A DNA stretch of 60,425 bases, the filler included, from Hausera hauseri (lineage: Eukaryota), in assembly GCA_046269625.1 (NCBI GenBank). It is 11 parts of 11 records of this genome, joined end to end, with 100 filler letters (N's around TTAATTAATTAA, not from the genome) between each part and the next. Parts side by side here need not be neighbours in the genome. Positions count along the whole stretch, not along the records: positions 48,430 to 55,416 come from JBJURY010046220.1; positions 55,517 to 60,425 come from JBJURY010393812.1; 9 more parts are not named here. One strand, 5' to 3'. The translations under genes were made by a program, and so were the position numbers. Every line of letters starts with the position of its first letter. Within the stretch, counting starts at the first letter, position 1. Shown piece by piece: positions 50,691 through 60,425 of this stretch. The notes under the pieces were generated by a model. That model saw only the letters and a program-made list of their open reading frames with translations, did no database searches and had not been told where the DNA came from.

Positions 50691-52494
50691 ATGTACATAT
50701 TGTTATTCTTTGTTCAATAAATCTTGTATAGAAATATCGTGTTGTCTTCTTGATCAAGTAATGTGGGATATAGGATAAGGCCAAGTAAAACTAAGGAATT
50801 ACTATGTAGGATAAGGCCAACTAATTTCATAACACATTTATTTCATACCAATATAACTTTGGCATAACGCTAAACACTTTTATAGTGTGTGTTTGCATGG
50901 GTAAAATGAGGTAAGTTGGGAAATGAATTGGCCCAAATATATGCCGCGTGTGTTTTGACTGTGTGTGTGGGTAAAATGCGAGTAAATTTAGAAATGTATG
51001 ATTAAGATATATGGTATGCATGTGCATGTCTATGCTTGTAAAGTGCAACTAACCTGAGGAAAGGTATATTTGAGATGTTTAATAATCTATCCAGTGATAA
51101 AAATAATTCAAGACTGAATTAAACAATAAATACCCCAATATTGTATAAATTATAAAAAATAATGTCGTTGAAAATTACGTATTAAGATGCTTAAAGAAAA
51201 TCGATCTATCAATTTTTTTATTTCTCTTGATTACCATTTTCCAAACCACCAACACACTATTTAAACAAAACCCATAATTTCTGCATAATGGAACGTATCC
51301 ATCACTAAAGTATAAGCCAAAACAATTGCCAACAAAAAAATAAATAAATAAACGTCACATTTCCATTTATGATTACTTATGTCAAAAAATGTGAAAATAG
51401 TCCAAACAAAAACGACGGCAAAAATTTCATTAATTGGACGGGGTTCCAAATCATTAAGCTGGACGAATTCGACTGTGGTAAAAATCAAATCGTGTGATGT
51501 GTTGGAATTTTATTTGAATAAAATATAGACCGGTCACATTGGGAATGTTTTTCTTAATCTGTTGAAATGAGTCTGGAATGAGATGAATTGTGCCCAAAGG
51601 CTACTTTGCCATTCTTCACTGAACATCGAATGGACTGATGAGTTCGTAACGATGATCTGTTGAATCGTTGACATTCGAGATAACTCAGATTGTGATGAAT
51701 TGCAATTATACAGAAAATATTGGGATATAATGTTTCTGAATGTGAGATTGTCCATACTGAAATTGATAAGTATAATAAAGACAATTGATGAACAACGTTC
51801 ATAGTCTGCTCTAAAAAATAATGCCAAACTCAATTGGATGTCTCGTATTGTCTTCTTTTCTAAACTGTGCGTTTCGTGAAGATGCAAACCTGTTATAAAA
51901 GTTAAGCCGATATTCAAATGACTCTTAATACGATTAAGCGTCGAGTTGCTATTCTATAGCCTTTTATTGATGAATTTTCGCTTTTTTGATATGGCATTAT
52001 TTTCATCGTAAATAAATCTATTGGCTTTGTTCCATTGTGCCATATTTGTAGGCGAGAAAATCATATTGCTCTTCTGTCTGCTAGGAGGGAATATTGAAAA
52101 GTTTGAGATGATGTAATTGACTTGCTGGTGTTAATACTGATCGATATGTCCTCTAGATGATTCACTTTTGGAAATAAAAATGGTGGTGGAAATTGATGTC
52201 GGATGAAACGGTTGTTTGTTAACACCAACAGTATTACGTTGACGAACCAAAACTCTGGCGAGAAACCGAGCTGTGCCAGCGACCATGGCACCACACGTGC
52301 TATATGAAAACAAATCGATTTTACCATCATTGAAGGAACACGCCTTGTCAGAAATAAAAACTGTTGCATCAAGGGTCTTTGAATCAGTCAAAAAACAATT
52401 TACTTGCAGTAGCTTGAGAAAACGCCGTAGGTCATTATCGAGCTCATCAACTATAAAAAACGTCGTCGTCGTACGATTTTCGATTGATAGACAA

Positions 52495-53701
52495 ATGGCG
52501 TCTGCAAAATCTGAATTGTGTATATTTGACAAAGGCGCGGCACAAGTGGTTATTGATAATGCAGCATTCGAAGAAATCTACACCGTTGATTCTGTTTCAA
52601 CGGAAAATAACATTGACATTCAATTCAACATTGCGGCATCGGACAACGAATACCTGGATTTGAACGATACGCTACTCTGTGTAAAAGATATTGTTAAAAA
52701 GGACGCGCCAACGATGCTCGCTGCAACAGAAACGGTCACATCGGCCAATTACCTTTACCTCACACTGTTTTACGAGGCTTTACGGACTCTAAACAGCGTC
52801 AAATTCGAAGGCAACACCAGTCTATACAGTATCAAAGCACTTATTGAAACGGCTTTGAATTACAATATTGGCAAGACAACGAGTCATTTGACGAAAACCA
52901 TGGGTTATGACTCCACTGCAAGAAACCGTCAGGCATGGGTGGCAGAATTAGAAGCGCTTACATTGTGTGGATCGCTGCTCCTTGACTGCCCGTACAACTG
53001 CATAGTGTTAAAGCCATGATTCGACTCAAACACAGAAACAGTATCTTTTGTTTGAAAACTGCAGTTGCAAATCTCAAACCCATACAAGATTATACGTACG
53101 GCGAGTAAAGGTAAAACTATCTGTACTCATGGGATATCGATTGAGTTTGGAAACGCAAAATGCCTGTTACTCGATACAACGCACAGACCTCGTGTTTTAC
53201 ACCATACCAAAAGGTTCAACTACGTTTTAAGAAGATGCACTGTTTGGCGGCATGCGATTTCCGAAATTTGTGCTCGTTACATTTCATACGACTGTTCAAC
53301 AAACGGGCAGTTATACCACCGATTCGGAAACTTTTACCCATAGCGATGTGAATTACATCAGTTTGGGTCAGAATGCGGATTTCGTTGAAACATACAAACA
53401 GGCTTTCGAGACCGGCGATTATGTTTGCACATATATGTAATCTACCGTGCGCAACGTGGGTTTGGCGAACAAAAATGTCAACAATGGCATATCGGTGGAT
53501 ATGCTCAAGTCCACCTATCCATTCTTTACCTTTGTCCTGGCCCCGGACTATGACGTTGAACAGACTAAACTACCTCAGCAGGGAAACATACGACTGGAGG
53601 TTCACTTCGCTAAAGCTCTGGAGCAATCTACGGTGATGTACATTTACGGTGTATTTGATGCCGAGGTTGAAATAACAAAAAACAGAACCATCATTGTATA
53701 A
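52495..53701 (+). pseudogene. Polinton/Maverick major capsid protein (double jelly-roll), disrupted
   Basis: N-terminal AKSELCIF..QVVI..IQFNIAASDNEYLDLNDTLLCVK, then LYVRRVKV and FPKFVLV, and C-terminal GNIRLEVHFAKAL..YGVFDAEVEITKNR. Confidence 0.85.
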
Positions 53702-53759
53702 ATAAAATCTGCTGTGACTCACTTCTTCGTCGTCGTACTATGAAGTAATTTATTACTAC

Positions 53760-54075
53760 TAATACTAATATACTTAATTCACATTTAGCTCCACCGAGCT
53801 CAATTACTATAGAAAACTGCTCTTCGTGGCATGTTTTCATTGGACTGTGTACGCGTGATTTACGACAAAGTGGCCGCTTTATTGTCAGTACACACACTTT
53901 ATCGTTGCCGTGCGAACATTGGATTGCTGTGTACGTTCACCATCTGACCAACGTCGTCAGAGTATTCGATCCGTTCGGATTTTACTATCCGTCATCGTTA
54001 GTTTCTCAAATTGAACGGCAATCATCATACCGTGTTGAATATAATGGAGCTCATTATCCTCATTTCTACTAACTG
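53760..54075 (+). pseudogene. Polinton adenain-like cysteine protease, disrupted
   Basis: FIVSTHTLSLPCEHWIAVY..VFDPFG fits the consensus IVNTD..PGEHWVA..FDSFG and follows the capsid gene. Confidence 0.8.
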
Positions 54076-54829
54076 CACTGATTTTGATTTAGACTTTTAA
54101 CAATGTGTTTTTTCGGTTCGCTTGTTCGTTCGGTTGCCGTTTTTACCTGGATCGTTTGGTCTGATCGCGAGGCGGCTGTAATATGAAATGCTCAACTACT
54201 GATGGACTATGTGCTCAACCCATATCCACGGCCGTTTGAAAATTTCCCATCGATTTTTCCCCAATGTTCCAATGGTCTGATTGAGTTGCAACCATGTCCG
54301 TTGGATTCGAAAACATCGATTTGCCCTTTGTACACATTTTGTCAGTGCCAGCAACATGTTTCCGGTTACATGTGGCACATTTCCTGTTTTGCTTCTTCCT
54401 CTTCTACCACCTCTCCCTTACATTTCTGTACTCCTCACCTATAATAACATTTTCTCAGCTCGTCACACGCTATCGATATCACTCGGTCCAAAGTCCATTG
54501 CTCGTCTTCATTTTCGGCCGGGGAGGGGGTCTTCCCAAATTTGTAGTGAAATGTTAGCAATAGCCAATCAGGTGGGGAAAACTGGTCGACGGACCAATCA
54601 AAGAAGTGAGGTGGAGCGGACACTTCCCACTACATTCTCCGTTGTTAACTAGTTTAATTTTAGTATTAAACAATACTTCTGTATTGCCCCTAAATTGTAC
54701 ATTTGTAGTTGAAAATGGTGTCATTGGAACTGCTCGTGTATATTCTCTACTACTTTAGTTGAAAATTCCTCCAAAAAGCAACTTTAGTCAGTAAGTCGTA
54801 CACATGATCCAAGAACACAATCTACCATA

Positions 54830-55000
54830 AGTATTCAAAATATGGAAATAAGTGCTTTACTTGGTACAGGAGCAACAGTGACTTTGATACATCAGTTGAT
54901 TATTCCAATGGAATATAGACATGATATAAGACTATCGAGTCCATCAGATGGAAGTAATGTATCACTTTTTGGACAGACAATGTTCCCTATCCGCTGTTTG
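54830..55000 (+). mobile_element. Retroviral-type aspartic protease fragment
   Basis: ISALLGTGATVTLI is a degenerate ALLDTGA. Confidence 0.55.
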
Positions 55001-55416
55001 GGTATAAAGTCAGTATCTATTCGGTTCATAGACACTCTTCAGTTTTTACCGGCTTCACTGAAGACTTTGGCTTTCAACTTAGATAGTTATCCATTAACTG
55101 AAACAGCTTTTCCTTCCGATATTATTAAGGGAAAAGGCATTTTTCCAAACACTGCAGCCAAATCTTTTAGTAACTTGCAGTCGAATAAGCAGTTGCCACC
55201 AAAATGGGATGGAGTTAGTGATACCGATTATAAGGAAGCATAATCGGTTTGGATAAAATATAGTTGTAGCTCGCTTTTGGACTACATGCTAGTGTATATG
55301 AAACTTGATGTGTTCTTATTAGGCGATATTTTTGAACAGTTTAGAAAGGAAGTTAAGTTGCAAGATGGATTAGAAGCTACTAACTTTGTCTCTATTCCAG
55401 GTTTAAGTTGGGCCAC
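55000..55416 (+). mobile_element. pPolB fragment, family B, a close paralog of 10096-10470
   Basis: RFIDTLQFLPASLKTLAFNLDSYPLTETAF..KGIFP..YMKLDVFLL. Confidence 0.9.
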
Positions 55417-55516
55417 NNNNNNNNNNNNNNNNNNNNNNNNNNNNNNNNNNNNNNNNNNNNTTAATTAATTAANNNNNNNNNNNNNNNNNNNNNNNNNNNN
55501 NNNNNNNNNNNNNNNN

Positions 55517-58500
55517 ATGAAGGACCACATCTGGAAGTCCACACCATCAAAGGCCCCATCATGGATGTCCCCACCATGAAAGACCATAATATGAAAGTCC
55601 ACATCATGAAAGGCACCACCATAGAAATCCACACAGTGAAAAACCACACCATGGAAGTCCCCACCATGAAAGACCATAGTATGGAAGTCAACACCATGAA
55701 AGGCCACGCTATGGAAGTCAACACCATAAAAGACCATATCATGGATGTCCACACAATGAAAGACCACATCGTGGAAGTCCGCACCGTGAAAGACCACATT
55801 ATGGATGTCTTCACCATGAAAGACCATAATATGGAAGTCCACATCATGAAAGACCACGCTATGGAAATCAACACCATGAAAGACCATATCATGGATGTTC
55901 ACACAATGAAAGACCATATCATGGAAATCCCCACCATGAAAGACCATAATATGGAAGTCCACACAATGAAGGACCACATCTGGTAGTTCACACCATCAAA
56001 GGCCACATCATAGATGTCCTTACCATGAAAGACCATAGTATTGAAGTCCACACCATCAAAGGCCACACCATGGAAATCCCCACCATGAAAGACCATAATA
56101 GGGAAGTCAACACCATGAAAGGCACCACCATGGAAATCCACACCGTGAAAAACCACACCATGGAATTCCACACCATGAAGGACCACATCTGGAAGTCCAC
56201 ACCATCAAAGGCCCCATCATGGATGTCCCCACCATGAAAGACCATAATATGGAAGTCCACATCATGAAAGGCACCACCATGGATAACCTCACCGTGAAAG
56301 ACCACACCATGGAAGTCCCCACCATGAAAGACCATAGTATGGAAGTCCACACCATGAAAGGCCACACCTGGAAGTCCACACCATGAAAGGCCATATCATA
56401 AAAGTACGCACCGTGAAAGACCACATCATGGAAGTCCTTACCGTGAAAAACAAAATGATCGATGTCCTCACCATGAAAGACCATAATATGGAAATACACA
56501 TCATGAAAGACGACGCTATGGAAGTCAACACCATGAAAGACCATATCATGAAAGTCCACACCATGAAAGACCACATCATGGAATTCCCCACCATGAAAGA
56601 CCATAATATGGAAGTCCACAGAATGAAGTACCACATCTGTTAGTCCACACCATCAAAGGCCACATCATGGATGTCCCCACCATGAAAGACCATAGTATTG
56701 AAGTTCACACCATCAAAGGACACACCATGGAAGTCCACACCATGAAGGCCCACATCATTGATGTCCCCAACATGGAAGACCATAATATAGAAGTCCACAC
56801 CATGAAAGACCACATCATGGAAGTCCCCAACATGAAAGATCATATCATGAAAATCCCCACCATGAAAGACTATAATATGGAAGTCCACACTATGAAGGAC
56901 CACAACTGGAAGTCCACAGTATGAAAGGCCACATCATTGTTGTCTCCACAATGAAAGACCATAGTATGGAAATCCACACCATGAAAGACCACATCATAGA
57001 AGTCCGCACTATGAAGGACCATTTCATGGAAATCCCCACCATGAAAGACCATAATATGGAAGTCCACACCATGAAGGACCACAACTGGAAGTCCAATTTA
57101 TCAAAGGCCACATCATGGATGTCCCCACCATAAAAGATCATAGTATGGAAGTCCACACCATGAAAGGCAACACTGCAGAAGTCCACACCGTGAAAGACCA
57201 CATCATGTATATCCCCACCATGAAAGATCATAGTATGGAAGTCCATACCATGAAAGGCAACACCATAGAAGTCCACACCATGAAAGACCACATCTAGAAA
57301 TCCACACCATGAAAGGCCATATCATGGAAGTCCGCACCGTGAAAGACCACTTCATGGAAGTCCCCACCGTGAAAGACCATAGTACGGAAGTTTACACCAT
57401 AAAAGACCACACTATGGAAGTCAACACCATGAAATACCATATCACGGAAGTCCACACCATGAAAGACCACAGCATGGAAATCCCCACCATAAAAGATCAT
57501 ATCATCGAAATCCCCACCATAAAAGACCATATCACGAAAGTCCACACCATGAAAGGCACCACCATGGAAATCCACACCGTGAAAGACCACACCTGGAAGT
57601 CCACACAATGAAAGGCTATATCATAGAAGTCCTTACCGTGAAAGACCACATGATGGAAGTCCTTACCGTGAAAGACGACATCATGGATGTCCCCACCATG
57701 AAAGACCATAATATGGAAGTCCACATCTTGAAAGACCACGCTATGGAAGTCAACACCATGAAAGACCATATCATGAAAGTCCACGCCATAAAAGACCACA
57801 TCATGAAAGTCCCCAGCATGAAAGACCATAATATGGATGGCCACACAATGAAGGACCACATCTGGTAGTCCACACCATCAAAGCCCATATCATGGATGTC
57901 CCTACCATGAAAGACCATAGTATGGAAGTCCACACCATGAAAGACCACATCATGGAATTCCGCACCATGAAGGATCATTTCATGGAAATCCCCACTATCG
58001 CCGACCATAATATGGAAGTCCACACCATGAAGGACTACAACTGGAAGTCCACACCATCAAAGGCCACATCATGGATGTCCCCACCATGAAAGATCATAGT
58101 ATGGAAATCCACACCATAAAAGGCAACATTATAGAAGTCCACACCGTGAAAGACCACATCATGGGACTCCCGTCCATGAAAGACCATAGTATGAAAATCA
58201 ACACCATGAAAGGCCACATTAGGAAATCCACACCATGAAAGGCCATATCATGGAAGTCCGCACCGTAAAAGACCACAGGATTGAAGTCCACACCGCGAAA
58301 GACCTTATCTTGAAATCCCAAAATTTAAAGAACACACTATGGAAATCCATGCCATAAAAGACCACATGATAGAAGTCCCCACCATGGTAGACCACTTTAA
58401 TAAAGTCGGCAATAAAAACGTGCACACCAAGGAATTCCACACCATGAAAGACCAAACCATGGAATTCCACACCATGAAGGACCACATCATGGATGTCCCC

Positions 58501-60425
58501 ACCATGAAAGACCATAGTATGGAAATCCTCCCCATCAAAGGCCACACAATGGAAGTCATCACCATGAAAGACCACATTATTGATGTCCCCACTATAAAAG
58601 ACCATAGTATGGAAGTCCACACCATGAAAGACCACATTATGGAAATCCCCAACATGAAAGATCATATCATGGAAATCTTCACCATGAAAGACCATAATAT
58701 GAAAGATAACAACATTAAGGACCACAACTGGAAGTCTACGCCATCAAAAGCCACATCATGGATGTCCCCACCATGACAAATCATAGTATGGAAGTCCACA
58801 CCATGAAAAGCAACACCATGGAAGTCCACACCATGAAAGACCACATCATTGATGTCCCCACCACGAAAGACCATAGTATGGAAGTCCACAACATGAAAGA
58901 CCACATTATGGAATTCCGCACCATGAAGGATCATTTCATGAAAATCCCCAACATCAACGACCATAATATGGAAGTCCACACCATGAAGTAGTACAACTGG
59001 AAGTCCACACCATCAAAGGCCACAAGATGCATGTCCCCATTATGAAAGATCATAGTATGGAAGTCCACACCATGAAAGGCAACACCATAGAAGTCCACAC
59101 CGTGAAAGACCACATCATGGGAGTTCCCACCATGAAAGACCATAGTATGAAAGTCAACACCATGAAAGGCCACATCTGGAAATCCACAATATGAAAGGCC
59201 TTGTCATGGAAGTCCGCACCGTGAAAGACCACATAATGGAAATCCCCACTGTGATAGACCACATCATAGATGTCCCCACCATGAAAGACCATAGTATAAA
59301 AGTCCACACCATGAAAGACCACACTATGGACGTCAAAACCATGAAAGACCATAGTATGGAAGTCCACACCATGAAAGACCACACTATGGAATTCCACACC
59401 ATGAAAGACCACATCATGGAAATCCCCACCGTCAAAGACCATAATATGGATGTCCACACCATGAAATCCCACATCATGGAAATCCCCACCGTCAAAGACC
59501 ATAATATGGAAGTCCACACAATGAAGGACCACATCTGGTAATCTACACAATCAAAGGCCATAGCATGGATGTCCCAACCATGAATGACTATAGTATGGAA
59601 TTCCACACCATGAAAGACCACATCATGGAAATCCCCACCGTCAAAGACCATAATATGGAAGTCCACACAATGAAATCCCACATCGTGGAAATCCCCACCG
59701 TCAAAGACCATAATATGGAAGTCCAAACAATGAAGGACCTCATCTGGTAATCTACACAATCAAAGGCCATATCATGGATGTCCCCACCATGAATGACCAT
59801 AGTATGGAAGTCCACACCATGAAAAACCACATCATGGAAGTTCCCACCATGAAAGATCATATCATGGAAATCCCCACCGTCAAAGACCATAATATGGAAG
59901 TGCACACCATGAAATCCCACATCATGGAAATCCCCACCGTCAAAGACGATAATATGAAAGTCCACACAATGAAGGACCACATCTGGTAATATACACAATT
60001 AAAGGCCATATCATGGATGTCCTTACCATAAATGATCATAGTATGGAATTCCACACCATAAAAGACCACATCATGGAAATCCCCACCGTCAAAGACCATA
60101 ATATGGAAGTCCACACCATGAAATCCCACATCATGGAAATCCCCACCGTCAAAGACCATAATATGGAAGTCTAAACAATGAAGGACCACATCTGGTAATC
60201 TACACAATCAAAGGCCATATCATGGATGTTTCCACCATGAATGACCATAGTATGGAAGTCCACACCTTGAAAAACCACACCACGGAAGTCCACACCATGA
60301 AAGACCACATCATTGATGTCCCCACCATGAAAGGCCATAGTATGGAAATCCACACCATGAGAGACCACACTATGGAAGTCAACACCATGAAAGACCATAT
60401 CATGGAAGACCACGCCATGAAAGAC
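55517..60425. repeat. 30-bp satellite with higher-order structure
   Basis: Consensus ATGGAAGTCCACACCATGAAAGACCACATC, about 160 copies, with recurring 29-bp variants. Confidence 0.97.

Noticed and set aside
55461-60418. Dozens of His/Met-rich ORFs
   Set aside because: They arise from a stop-poor 30-bp repeat, overlap on both strands and are cut at each 29-bp variant.

Overview
This window is not one locus. It is 11 eukaryotic contigs joined by artificial 100-bp linkers (44 N + TTAATTAATTAA + 44 N): 1-5313, 5414-9995, 10096-14746, 14847-22560, 22661-27990, 28091-33518, 33619-37751, 37852-43899, 44000-48329, 48430-55416 and 55517-60425. Most of it is decayed mobile DNA. Polinton/Maverick (adintovirus-like) remnants include at least six protein-primed PolB copies in two families, plus major capsid, cysteine protease, DEDD and RING genes. 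There are several Ty3/Gypsy LTR elements and a 30-bp satellite. Host-gene pieces are ASPM, a NEK kinase, ZNF608/609 and an LRR protein. The most striking part is contig 1. Two 44-nt flatworm-type spliced-leader (SL) sequences are fixed in DNA directly in front of decayed host genes, and each is preceded by the same ~55-nt non-coding element. Between them is a short array of CCA-ended initiator tRNA-Met 3' fragments whose only difference lies at the m1A58 position. Together these suggest reverse-transcriptase capture of mature RNAs. Other unusual items are a Gag carrying a ubiquitin-like domain, Gypsy 3' ORFs with FN3-like/TM and dead DEDDh exonuclease domains, a duplicated Cys/His module at the start of both PolB families, and a teleost-like pstpip2 exon next to Polinton DNA. 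All family calls come from motif recognition by eye; no searches were run.
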